Shown here piece by piece: positions 27,070-40,289 of a stretch of DNA of 64,000 nucleotides. The first letter of the stretch is position 1, and each line of letters starts with the position of its first letter. This DNA is from Octopus vulgaris (lineage: Eukaryota). Both the position numbers and the translations under genes were made by a program. The stretch spans positions 2,852,001 through 2,916,000 of the forward strand of contig OX597835.1 of the NCBI GenBank assembly GCA_951406725.2, given 5' to 3'. Under the pieces are notes generated by a model. That model was not told the DNA's origin and did no database searches. It was given only the letters and a program-made list of their open reading frames with translations.

Positions 27070-27554
27070 TACATATATATGTATATATATATCCATATAT
27101 ATACATATGTATATATATATATACATATATATACATATGTATATATTTATGTATACATTTTAAAAAGGATAAGTGACAAGATATTCCATTATAGAGTTGA
27201 CAAGTTTATTTATTCAAGAATAAAAGGAAATAATACACTATTTCTAGAAAATTAATCCTTTTATTCAAGATTTTTTTTTGTATTTTAAATCTGACGAAAC
27301 CTTAGATATTCTAAAACAGTTAATGTGAACAATGTGTAGTCGTAAATCTTCTTGGTTTGATACCTAAAACATGTATGAGTGTGTGTGTGTGTGCATTTAT
27401 ATCTGTGCAGGCGTTCATACGAGTGGAATTCTGGTTGGAAAAGTCAAACGAAATACTCCATGTAATTCACTCCAACTGTCTGTGTTCTGAGTTCAAATAC
27501 TTCTCGTTTTCAATTTTTAGTTCTTGACCAGTAGTGGCATTCAAGGAATCGACT

Positions 27555-27687
27555 CTTCTTCTTCTTCTTCTTCTTCTTCTTCTTCTTCTTCTTCTTCTTC
27601 TTCTTCTTCTTCTTCTTCTTCTTCTTCTTCTTCTTCTTCTTCTTCTTCTTCTTCTTCTTCTTTCTTCGATTGCTACTGCTGCTGCTG

Positions 27688-27742
<55 letters not shown>

Positions 27743-27764
27743 CACTAGTAGTAGCAGTAGTAGC

Positions 27765-27808
<44 letters not shown>
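27555..27808. repeat. Compound microsatellite (CTT)n-(CTG)n-(CTA)n-(TAG)n
   Basis: Seen directly. Confidence 0.95.
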
Positions 27809-27809
<1 letters not shown>

Positions 27810-28152
27810 TTCTTTAACTCCTGGTCTGCCTCCTCTTATTCTGCCCCTGCCTTTCTCCCTACCCCTCTCCCTCCCAATCCATATACTATGAGGCAGAACA
27901 ATCATGGTTGACCATAGTTGACCTAGGGTTAAAAAACACCGGGGAAGTGTATAAATAAACACCGGATGAGTCTTTAGAGCGTTGCTGAACTTTAGGAATA
28001 GCAGTCAAATCTTTCTTAGATCATATCTTGTAGTCATAAAAATCGAAGGATATATTTGATACTATTCTCTATGATACAATATGCGATTCTTCTCCTCTCC
28101 ATGTTGCTATGTGTCGTATGTGTAGGAGTGAAGAAACTGTACAGAGAGAGTA

Positions 28153-28474
28153 GTTAGTTAGTTAGTTAGTTAGTCAATTTGGCTCAAAAGCAAATAGCAA
28201 GGCCATGTAGGGGGACATGGAGTTAAGTACAGGGTGGTGTTCATGTAAAGAGTTCGGGCCACTTGAGGTCAAGGGAGGCTTTGAACAAAGCGGTCGTCGG
28301 CATCTTCACCATCTCGTCCAGCAGCTTATTCCACGGATCCGCAACCCGGACGGAAAAAGCTCCTCTCCTTCGATTGAGATGAAATCGTCGCAGGTAGAGC
28401 TTTTCGGAATGACCCCGCAGCCGACGCTCTGGAGCAGGAGTGAAGAACAGCTCTTTCTAGAGGTTACACTTTCC
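28153..28474 (-). mobile_element. CR1-clade LINE 3' end with (TAAC)n tail
   Basis: Minus: KELFFTPAPERRLRGHSEKLYLRRFHLNRRRGAFSVRVADPWNKLLDEMVKMPTTALFKASLD; possible TSD GAGAGTA at 28146-28152 and 28475-28481. Confidence 0.88.
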
Positions 28475-28539
28475 GAGAGTATAATATATCCAGGATGTCA
28501 CACTGCAGCCATGCGATTCCTCTATGCAAGTCAAGAAAA

Positions 28540-28800
28540 ATAATATATTCTTCCAGTATATAGTTTAAGCTCACGAGCCGTGGCCTTGCTGGGGCACCAC
28601 CATTTGATGTTGCTACATAATTTTACTTCACGAATGCTTTTTAGCAATTGACATTTAGTACATGAGAGAGCTTGATGCAGCTGCCCTCATCTGCACCTCT
28701 TGCCGCGAAGTTGGTTCATCTGGGACACCTGACAGGAAGAGGTCCAGCTTTATTTTGAAGACACCTACATCCTTCCCCATGCAGGTCTCTCAGGTCCTTC
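28540..28800 (-). mobile_element. CR1-group (CR1/L2-like) LINE 3' end
   Basis: Minus: DVGVFKIKLDLFLSGVPDEPTSRQEVQMRAAASSSL then 3' UTR GGTGGTGCCCCAGCAAGGCCACGGC. Confidence 0.8.
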
Positions 28801-29044
28801 GGAAGTAGAGGTATAAGTTTTGAAAACGAGCAGCCTTATTCTTGCCGCTCGATGTGGTAGAAACAGCAGCTAGATACTGCTCAAACCACCTCTTACCATC
28901 AACAAATAGGTGGAGCTCCATGTAAAAAGGATCCCAACATTTTTTAATGTTAAAATGGACGGGATGGTCACGCATGCATTGCCCTTGCTCAGTCGAGGTT
29001 GATCTACAGCTAAACTTCAATAGTTAGCTGACATTATGTCTCTT

Positions 29045-29240
29045 CAACTTGTTTCAGTCATTTGACTGCGGCCATGCTGGAGCACCGCCTTTAGTCGAGC
29101 AAATCGACCCCAGGACTTATTCTTTGTAAGCCTAGTACTTATTCTATCGGTCTCTTTTGCCGAACTGCTAAGTTACGGGGACGTAAACACACCAGCATCG
29201 GTTGCCGAGCGATGTTGGGGAGTGGGATAAACACAGACAT
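29045..29240 (-). mobile_element. SINE family B 3' half (well-preserved copy)
   Basis: TTGTTTCAGTCATTTGACTGCGGCCATGCTGGAGCACCGCCTTTAGTCGAGCAAATCGACCCCAGGACTTATTC is the reverse complement of the family B tail. Confidence 0.9.
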
Positions 29241-29241
29241 A

Positions 29242-29280
<39 letters not shown>

Positions 29281-29281
29281 A

Positions 29282-29337
<56 letters not shown>

Positions 29338-29340
29338 ATA

Positions 29341-29377
<37 letters not shown>

Positions 29378-31519
29378 TTACGATTTTAAATTGGGATAGT
29401 CACGGATGTAGTGTTTTTGATCAAAGGTCAATTGCTATTGTTGTTTAGATCCACATCAGCTCTGCTTAGTTGTAGCTTGGGCGGAATAACCAATGCTGAA
29501 TTACTGAACAATTTAGAGTTATTCTTTCCGGATTACAATTTCAGATTTATACTCGTAATTATTGGGACACTGTGATATGTAACAAACTGCTTCTGCCCCG
29601 ATCTTGAGAAATTAGGATTTTCAAATTCAGACAGGAATAAAATGAATAGGAAGATTACAGATAGAAACCATCAATGGAACTGCCAGTTTTATCAGATATG
29701 CCCGTCTAGACTATATGTATGAATGTACGTACATAAAATAAAACATACATATCTGCACAGGCCAAATATTGTACACATATAGGCAGACATGCACAACGAT
29801 TTGTTGATGTTGAAATGCAAATGATAAAAGCTTGGATCTAGATTAGAAGCCGGTTCTTTCTGCTTTGGCAAGACATCTGAAAATAAAACTAAATAATAAC
29901 AAACATCTGTACATGCATCCATACATACACACACACACACACACACACACATACATATATATACACACACATGCATATACCCACATCCATGTAGACACAC
30001 ATACATGCATGAAAGAGAAACGATTATATTTGATGTTATATATAATTCAAGCGGAATATTCCAAAGAGACAGTTTCTGTGTATTTTGGCACTAAATCCAA
30101 ATAATTTCTCTGCTTTTACAAAAATCCACTGGTTATATATACTAGGCTTTATAACAGCACAACATACGCAAATATAACCCATAATTTCTGCGTAAATTTT
30201 CAAAAGAACTACACTAGATATATTCACAATGCAGAGAAACAGCCAGAGTAAATAAGATTTTCTGCTAATTCACAGATGGAATATGGCCAAAATAAATGTG
30301 AATACACTTGAAGGTTAAACTGAGCAAAATCTTTTTTCCCTTCCTGAAAAACATTCGTACGTAGAACTTTCTTGTCTTACGAAGCTTGTGCCAGAAATAC
30401 TTTGGTATTAACGAAAATATGCTATACAAAATGGCTGTAAATAAAATTAATGATCAAATTTAGTAAACCAGATTGTTAAACATCTGGCAGCGGTAGCATC
30501 CCTCTTATAATATGTTCATATAAAATAATGCATTTGTTGTGTTAGCACTGATACCAACATTTGGGATACTTGACTATACTGTAAAGGAAATCTGCTCAAT
30601 AAATATCAAACACAAGAACCTAATATATAGTGAATGCTTCCATAGTAACAATGATACTCACAAGCTCTGTCACGGAAGGAGACGGAAACGGCAGTCTGTG
30701 AATGTTGCAGGGTGCCACTCGCACAACATCAGCTCAACAATGGTAGCGAAAATAAATAGAGCAACCAAATATTTAATAGTCACCAGAATATCTAATGTAA
30801 CAGCCATGGACTCCGCAAGAAACATTTATTTTCCGATAATCTCCCATACGACCCCAGAATTACTTGACAGATGTGCACCAACAAGAAAATCTTCCAAGGA
30901 AAACAATCTGCATTAAACAAAAACCTTCACGCATAGAAATGCTTCCGTAAACTTGGTGCTGGTGTTAATCTGAACACGAAGTGCGGCCTCCATTCGATTG
31001 AGTTGGTCATTACGTCACATTTCGAACTTTATGATTTTGCAAGTTCAAAGTTGGCGATAGATGCGAAATACCCTACGAACCTAAGAGACTCTCGGAATCT
31101 TCTACACCCATACGAGCGAAAATGCGGCCATATCACTTCTTTTAAGAAAATATTGCACATAAGGTCCGTAGTTATCCTGAAATGTCACCAAAGTATTACA
31201 TCTCAATGGCGGATGGTTTATCATTAATCAAATTTACAATGCCATCCGTAAGACAGGCTCTTCTGTGATAATTCAGAGAGAAACGCTGTTATTGAATATA
31301 TAGATAAGTATTAATATAAGAAATATAGGTGGTAATAAATTGGCAAGCGTGATATTATTATCATATTAATAATATAATAATATTATATCTATAAACGAAA
31401 AAGAACGTGTACTGCCAGGGAGAGAACAACAGCTTCTCTATCGATAACCATTGGCTCAGTTGAATGTTTAAGTGTAGAGGAAACGAAATTAATTATCTAA
31501 TACAAATTTACACATTTTT

Positions 31520-31985
31520 TCTTTTTGCTTCTTCTATTCGTTTCAGCCAAGTGGCTGCGGTCGTGCTGGAGCACCTCCATGACTTTCCCTCCTTATGCTG
31601 TGCTCTTTGCACGTTCCTTGCATGGCTTTTCTCCGCCAGCTGATCTAGTCCAATCAAGACTTTCGATGGCCAATCTGGTGTATAAAAAAATTGAAATCGC
31701 TTCCCTCAACTGTGTCTCATTTGGAGCCATCGGTTCGTCTGGTATCGTGGATAGTAATATGTCGAGTTTTGTTTTGAAGACCTCTACATCCATGTTTTGA
31801 AGGTCTTTCAATTGTTTTGGCAAGGCATTGGAGAGCTGAGGTCCTCTGAATCCAAGGCTGTTGCAATACCTTGTTATTATGTCAGATGCAGTGGACGGTA
31901 CCCGTGGTACTATGCAGTGGCGACTTGTGCGGGCATTCGTATGGTACTTGATGCCAAAGTTTGATACCAGTCCTTCTCCATATGT
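31520..31985 (-). mobile_element. CR1-group (CR1/L2-like) LINE 3' end
   Basis: Minus: GLVSNFGIKYHTNARTSRHCIVP..YCNSLGFRGPQLSNALPKQLKDLQNMDVEVFKTKLDILLSTIPDEP; 3' UTR GGAGGTGCTCCAGCACGACCGCAGCCACTTGGCTGAAACG. Confidence 0.85.
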
Positions 31986-32057
31986 AAATTATTACATATC
32001 TCTCCCGCCTGCATATATGTATATGCGCGCGCGCGTAGCTGTGCATATATGTATACG

Positions 32058-32099
<42 letters not shown>

Positions 32100-32395
32100 A
32101 GTTCGTATATATATGTATATACATATACATACATACATGTTTGTCTATATATATTTCCACTGACTATCTTTCGCACTACTTCACTGCTAATTTTTATATT
32201 AGAGAAAGACTAACGTACGAAACGTTGAGTTACTTTCTTTTTCTCATAAAAACGTTAAACTTATTACCGTGCCTTTTACATTTTATTCTACTTACGATGT
32301 CCTTTTGAGTTCGCATCGTAGTTATATCATATACAGGTGTGAATAATGCGTTAGATAGACAGATAGATAAACAGATAGATAGATAGATAGATAGG

Positions 32396-32445
<50 letters not shown>

Positions 32446-33164
32446 CATTCACACACACACATATACATATGTGTATGCTCCTGTGAGTATATGAACGTGG
32501 AGTTCAAGTTTCTATCGAATATCGAACATTACTTTGATTCTTTAAATCGGTATTTCTGATTCGCTCCTACTATTGCAAATGTATATGCACGCAAAACTGA
32601 TGAAGTTGTCTTTGATCTGTTACGAGTTTCTTACTTAAAATTGCAACGTGAACATCAAAGTAAATACGAGAAATTTCTCAATACGAAATTTATCAAGTAA
32701 ACTTTTTTCACGGTATATCATTCTTGTATAGATACACAATCATTAACGAACTCCTAGCAACAACGAAAATGCAAGGCACAAGTGCGTCAGCCCATACTAC
32801 ACCTGCATTACGGTCAGCAGAAGTTCTTTAAGAAAGGAGAAAATCATAAGCATTTGTAACCATGTACGAGATTCTACATAGAAATTTCAATGAGAGAGCG
32901 GGATAATTCATAGGAAAATCTATATAGTATTGCAGACGTTTCTCACAGTGAAAAGCATTTAAAACATCTACAAGTAGTTACAATCAGTACATCCGATCTA
33001 ATCTTGTAACGAATACTTCTTACGGAGACTAAGGGAAGCAGATAAAAATAAAGTTTGCTACGCAACAATATCAATAATATAGCAAAATGTGCATTTGTTA
33101 CGGGAGGTGGAGGATTTCAAAAACAAACTTTTTCCGATCACACAGATTTACGCAGATATATATA

Positions 33165-33232
<68 letters not shown>

Positions 33233-33385
33233 TGGCAGGGCTTACTGCTAGGGAGTCGGCCATATGCTAGAAATAGACCATCAACGGTCAAATTACAAGG
33301 AAATTCTCTAGAGGAAAAATACAGCGAACACCAGAACCAATTTTGGCGGGCATGACAGATGAAAATTTATATAAAAAACAGAATT

Positions 33386-33462
33386 AAATGCATACCTCGG
33401 TTTCAGCCTTAACAAGAGAATTACTTATGCAATCCAAATGTCCGTGCTTCTTCAGTGCATCC
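33386..33462 (-). ncRNA. Type-I hammerhead ribozyme (canonical core) in (TA)n-flanked repeat about 33230-33760
   Basis: Minus: GGATGCA-CTGAAGA-AGC..(long P2)..GCT-GAAA-CCGAGG-TA-TGCATTT; P1 7 bp including 2 GU, GUA triplet. Confidence 0.78.
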
Positions 33463-33753
33463 GTTCATAGTAATGTAAGCGGAAAAGCCAACCCCAGCCT
33501 TCGTGCTAGTACAGACACGTGTGTAGCTTTACCGATTACACTAGTGATAAAATTTCAAATGTCTTGGCTCTGGCGCGCTAATAAATTTCTGAGGCGAAGG
33601 GCTGCAGTAAATAATTCACTGCGGTTCGGGCTTAGTACTAGAGAACGTATTTATTTCAATATTTAAATAATGAGGGAGATAAATTAATATTAATTTTAAT
33701 ATCAATTTAAAACCAGTAGTCCAGCATACAAAAATCTGAGGAGTCAGAGAAAA

Positions 33754-33816
<63 letters not shown>

Positions 33817-34014
33817 CATATAAATAATATGGATTGATAGATAAATAAAAATTGGAAATATCAAACTGGATAAACTTAGTACTCACCTTATTGGTAATAG
33901 AACTACCTTTATAAAGAAGTTACAACCTCTTGTGAGATTTTTGCTAGCCTGGTAACTATTTATTTATTTTTTTCCGTGTTAATTGTTAACAAGGTAAAAA
34001 TGCACTCATCTATT

Positions 34015-34077
<63 letters not shown>

Positions 34078-34508
34078 ATGAAAAATATATATTGCAATAC
34101 AAATTCATTACTTTCCAGTAAAATAAAGCACCGTAAATGTACAAGTATGAATATTAATATAAATTAGTGGTATAACAAGGCACCAATATTCACTGGAGTA
34201 AATATTGGTGCCTTGTTGTACCACTAATTTATATATATATTCATATAAATATAAATACGAAACAAGGGGAAAAGATAGTAGTCGAATACCGGAGATAGAG
34301 TGATATGCTTTAGTAATAAAGAAAGCCTTCGACTGTCTTGCAAATTTAGATTTAAATTTTGCCGAAGTTAAAATTTTACTCACCTTTTTTCATTTTCATA
34401 TTCAATACACCTGACAGTTTTCAATATATCTCTATCTTGATGTGAATATATGTATGCATATATATATATGATTCTTTCTATATTTGTGTGCGTGTTTACA
34501 CGTTATGT

Positions 34509-34559
<51 letters not shown>

Positions 34560-34926
34560 TGTATTTGTTGATATGCATGTTTGTTTTATAGGTTTTCCTG
34601 GTATGCGTATGCATAACTAAATGTAAATGTATTTTAATGATGTTAGTTCTTTGTAAATGTTTTAAACGCACATATCATTTTAATTAATTTAAATTTATTT
34701 TACCATTAATCTAACCTGGCGATACAGATTTTCTTCTTCCTACTAAAACTACTTTTTGATTTACCGTTTTCTTCGATTTTAAATTATATGATTTTAAATC
34801 GTAACTTTAATTTCATATATCAGGTTGTACAAAAGACTGTTAGTTGAAAAGACCAATGAAACAAAACCAATTTCGAATGTGTGTCTAACAACGTAATTGT
34901 ATATTTATACATAATATATGTATATA

Positions 34927-34987
<61 letters not shown>

Positions 34988-35142
34988 GTATATATATATT
35001 ATATTTTATTAAATTTTTAATACTTTTGATATATATTTAAAATAATATAAATTAATTAATTTTATGTATTGGCTTAAGTTTTTCATTGTTTGATTTGCCT
35101 AATAGTGGTTTTATCTCTAATTTAATATAATATATATATATA

Positions 35143-35228
<86 letters not shown>

Positions 35229-35256
35229 TATATATATATTATATGTATATATATAC

Positions 35257-35304
<48 letters not shown>

Positions 35305-35307
<3 letters not shown>

Positions 35308-35465
35308 AGTCCCGGGTTGAGTCGGGGTTAACCACAGTAAATAAGGTACTCAATACCTAGCAGAGTAAAGTAATTTATTTTATAGAAGGAGCTTCTACAG
35401 GACTAGAACTGTTTCATCTGAATGAAACAGTTCTAGTCCTGTAGAAGCTCCTTCTATAAAATAAA
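35305..35465. mobile_element. Fold-back copy of the 26839-27020 pseudo-LTR family
   Basis: 44-bp perfect arms 35374-35417 and 35422-35465 with 4-nt loop; flank GTCCCGGGTTGAGTCGGGGTTAACCACAGTAAATAAGGTACTC is the reverse complement of about 26972-27017. Confidence 0.85.
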
Positions 35466-35494
35466 AAAAAATAAAAAAAAATATATATATATAT

Positions 35495-35643
35495 AAATTC
35501 CGCCGAGGTCGACTTTGCCTTTCATCCTTTCGGGGTCGATAAATTAAGTACCATTTGCGCACTGGGGTCGATGTAATTTACTTAATCCTTTGGTTGTCCT
35601 TGTTTGTCCTCTCTGTGTTTAGCCCCTTGTGGGTAGTAAAGGA

Positions 35644-35677
<34 letters not shown>

Positions 35678-36207
35678 ATACAGATATATATATATATACA
35701 CGTATACATGTATAAATATATATACATTCATACGGCATATATATATATATACATACATATATATACATATACACATACACACACACACGCACACACACAC
35801 ACACACACACATATATATGTGTATATATATAGGAATGCCTGTGTGGTAAGAAGTTTGCTTCTCTACCACATGGTTCCGGGTTCAGTCCCACTGCATGGCA
35901 CCTTGGGCAAGTGTCCTCTACTATAGCCTTGGAGTGACCGAAGGCTTGTGAGTGGATTTGGTAGACGAAAAGAAGCCATATATATGTATGTATTTGTGTC
36001 TGTGTTTGTCGATCCAACATCGCTTGACAATTGATGTTGGTGTATTTCCGTCCCCGTAACTTAGCTGTTGCGCAAAAGAGACCAATATAATAAATACTAG
36101 GCTTACAAACAATAAATCCTGGAGTCGATTTCTTCGACTAAACGTGGTGGCCCAGCATGGCCGCAGTCAAATGACTTAAATAAGTAAAAGAATAAAAGAA
36201 TAAAAGA
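35495..36207 (+). mobile_element. SINE A 3' part (35495-35645) followed by SINE B (35830-36207)
   Basis: Match to family A and B copies elsewhere in window. Confidence 0.85.
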
Positions 36208-36230
36208 TTATATATATATATATATATATA

Positions 36231-36960
36231 AGAGTGTATAAAGATATATGCACAAAGAGAAGAACCCCTGACAGGACTTCTTACATACTAAAAAGGGCAG
36301 TTAAACCAGAACCACAATAAAAGAAATTCTAAATACACGCCGAAAAAGGACTAGAATGAAAGGAATTATTGCTTTTGTTCGTTTTTTTTTTCGTAGTTTG
36401 AGTTTAACTACACTTTTTAGCATGTAAGAAGTCCTGTCATGGGTCCTTCTCTCTGTTTATATATTTTCATAAACTCTTATATATGAAACTATGTTGTCTT
36501 ATGACTTCTCTTACACATGTGAACCACTGGTAATAAATTATTCTAAATTTTCACCCTTATGATTTACGCAGTACTCTTCCTAATTCTGAGGCTTATAGTA
36601 CGCAGTTTAAAATTAAATACTTGCTGCTGACTATGTGAATGTGCCCGCGCACTTGATTTGATTCCTTTATGCTATAAGGATGCGACGCACACATAATTAT
36701 GCATTGTTTTAGCGATCCCACTGATGAACCACAGATGGCAAAGTGATTTATCTGTTTATTAATAGGAAAACTTGAGTATGGGATTAACTAAAAATAATAA
36801 TTCATTTCATTCTAGTGCTTTATCGGCGTGCCTTCAGAATTATTTTTTCTCCTGGTTTGGGTTTAACTGCCCTTTTAGCATGTAAGAAATCCTGTCATGG
36901 GTTTTTCTCTTTGTGTATATATATTTATATTTATTTATGAAAATATATTGTCTTATGACT
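36231..36960 (+). mobile_element. PLE-type pseudo-LTR array: inverted partial copy plus about 460-nt tandem unit with hammerhead-like motif at 36715-36784
   Basis: 36231-36370 is the reverse complement of about 36797-36925; 36402-36505 repeats at 36861-36960; ATCCCA-CTGATGA...GAAAA-CTTGAG-TA-TGGGAT. Confidence 0.72.
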
Positions 36961-36970
36961 TTTATTATGC

Positions 36971-37660
36971 AAAAGTGGATTTAAAGAAAAAATAGGTTAC
37001 ACCCTACTATTAGACCAGATATAAAGAAAAGGAAAAAAACATCGGAAAATTAGCTGGTTCACACCCCCTTACTCACTCGAAGTAACCTTTAATATAAGTA
37101 AATATTTCTTATCACTCATAGATAAACATTTGCCAATACATCACATATAAAGAAAACTCTTTAATAGGGAGAACCTAAAAATTAGCTTCAGTTCCGCCTA
37201 AAATTTTAAAAGCGTAATCACGACAATACAGCACAACACCACGAAGCCGGCTGTTTCTAAATAGAACCTGTATGACCGAGGCCATTATTTATGAAGCTAC
37301 TGTAAATTCCACCAACGCTATTAATGCAGTTTCATCCTAGAGATATGTGGGTCTCACAGAGGGGAATTTTAATGCAAGATTTAACTATCACAACTTAAGC
37401 TTCAAACACTGAAATAAACAAAAGAATAATAAATTATGCAGTTATATATGGTTCTTAAACGAACAAGGTTTCAACTAATGTATATACCGGAAGATCTTAG
37501 TCGAATGTAACCGTTATACTAATGGTTGTGGCAAATACGGTCTTTGAAACATGGAAAAATGGCTCATTTGGAAAAGTTCTTTTGACTCGGCTACATGTTT
37601 AAAGTCAAGAACTGAAATCTTTGGATCATGTCCATGTGTCACAAAATACTTGCTGCGGTT
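36971..37660 (+). mobile_element. Degenerate Penelope-like element C-terminal region (linker plus GIY-YIG), Naiad-like
   Basis: RKISWFTPPYSLEVTFNISKYFLSLIDKHLP..RKLFNRENLKISFS; CMTEAIIYEATV; YVGLTEGNFNARFNYH; LCSYIWFL; GL*NMEKWLI; LKSRTEIFGSCPCVTKYLL. Confidence 0.85.
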
Positions 37661-37938
37661 TTGCGCCCCCAAGACCACGGCTAGAGTCCATATTTATACT
37701 ATGTTCCTGCACAAACTTTCTCATACGCTTTACCTCCGCAAAATTTTTAATTTTAATTTTGATAAGCTTCTATATATATATTTTCCTTTTTATATGTGTG
37801 TGTACATGTGTGTGTGCATGTATGTATATGTATGTATATATATATTATATGCATGTAAGTGGGTGTATATATATGTGTGCGCGTATATGTATGCATATGT
37901 TTGTATATGTGCGGGTGTATGTGTATGATGGGAGGGTG

Positions 37939-37973
<35 letters not shown>

Positions 37974-38020
37974 ATGTGTGTGTGTGTGTGTGATTGCGCG
38001 GGTGTGTATGAGTACGTACA

Positions 38021-38058
<38 letters not shown>

Positions 38059-38362
38059 CTAGTGTGTTTGTGTACGTATACATCTTTTGTGTGTACTGGT
38101 GTACGTATGTAGACGTAATGAACGCAGGTGCTCTATGTCTTTATATCTTTTTTTATATATTTTAATTTTTTTTCTTTTTCTTTTCCCATCTGTCAGAATT
38201 ACTCCCCTTATATTGAACAGTTTTCGTCGCGGTTGTTGACATTAATAGCCGACAAGGATCTGCAGTAGGTCTTCGCTCTGGCATTCCAAACTCTGAGTAC
38301 TAATAACCGTTTACAATTTGCTCTACTAATTATAGCATATATATATTTATGCACGTATTCTA

Positions 38363-38963
<601 letters not shown>

Positions 38964-39172
38964 TTATTTATACCCACACATATTTATACATACAGAGTCA
39001 TTCCATTGCGAGAAAATTAAATATACATTATTAGTTCTTCGGAATATATGTTCCGCATGACGATGCCTATGGTAAACAAATTAGTTTGCGAGCGAAAAAT
39101 ATTGTCATACTAACAGCAAGTTAATTGAGGCGTTGTGTTTGTATATGTGTATATTTTTGCCTATATGTACGC

Positions 39173-39234
<62 letters not shown>

Positions 39235-39289
39235 ATACATATATATATATATAAATATTCTATATATTTATATATAAATGTATACAGAA

Positions 39290-39337
<48 letters not shown>

Positions 39338-39373
39338 GTGTGTGTGTGTGTGTATAGAGAGTGAAAGATATAC

Positions 39374-39441
<68 letters not shown>

Positions 39442-39754
39442 ATGTGACTATGTGTGTGTGTGTGAGTGCAGGTAGATAAGGACAAATTCATAGCTCTATA
39501 ATTTGGATATTCCTCCTGGAAATGTCTCCGAGTCTTCTATGCACGTTGTCTGTCATTCGATTTGAAGACCTTAGAATAAAATATGGCGGTTTGGTGATGT
39601 AACGCCAATTAGATCCTTAATAATTGACTTGGAAACATGACGATAATGTGGAACTGGTTGTATATAGCAAAATACAATACAAGGAAAAAAAACTGAAAAC
39701 TGAAAGAATATATTGGTGTCTTTGCATTTCGTCGTATTATTCTGTAAAAAGAGA

Positions 39755-40205
39755 AGGCAGAGAGCTGGCACAGCGGTTAGCTCGCCGGGCAAAATGCTTA
39801 CTGGCATTTCATCCATCTATAAGTTCCGAGTTCAAATTCCACCGGGGTCGACCTTGCCTTTCAACTATTCTGGTTCGATAAGATAAGTATCTGTTGAGAA
39901 GGTGACATGCTGGCAGAAACGTTAGCACGCCGGGCGAAATGCTTAGCGGTCTTTCTGAGTTCAATTTCCGCCGCAGTCGACTTTGCCTTTCATCCTTTCG
40001 GGGGTCGATTAAATAAGTACCAGTTACACACTGGAGTCGATATAATCGACTTAATCCGTTTGTCTGTCCTTGTTTGTCCTCTCTGTGTTTAGCCCCTTGT
40101 GATTAGTAAAGAAATAGGTATTTCGTCTGCCGCTACGTTGTGAGTTCAAATTCCCTCGAGGACGACTTTGCCTTTCACCCTTTCGGGGTCGATAAATTAA
40201 GTATC
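39755..40205 (+). mobile_element. Cluster of three tandem SINE family A copies or fragments
   Basis: Repeated GCTGGCA..GTTAGC..CGGGC heads and GACTTTGCCTTTCA bodies at about 39755, 39905 and 40120. Confidence 0.85.
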
Positions 40206-40289
40206 AGTCGGTCGTTCGGGGGAACGGATTTTAATCAGAGACGTTCTGCATTGAGTGTTCGGTCCGCTAACGATGCAACCTCTCCTTTC

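Noticed and set aside
27288-27310. CTGACGAAAC motif (also CTGATGA near 32597)
   Set aside because: No supporting stems; expected by chance
34841-34889. TGTTAG-TTGAAAA...GAAT-GTGTGTC-TAACA possible U3-A8 hammerhead
   Set aside because: GAAA is mutated, P2 is unpaired and the cleavage register is ambiguous
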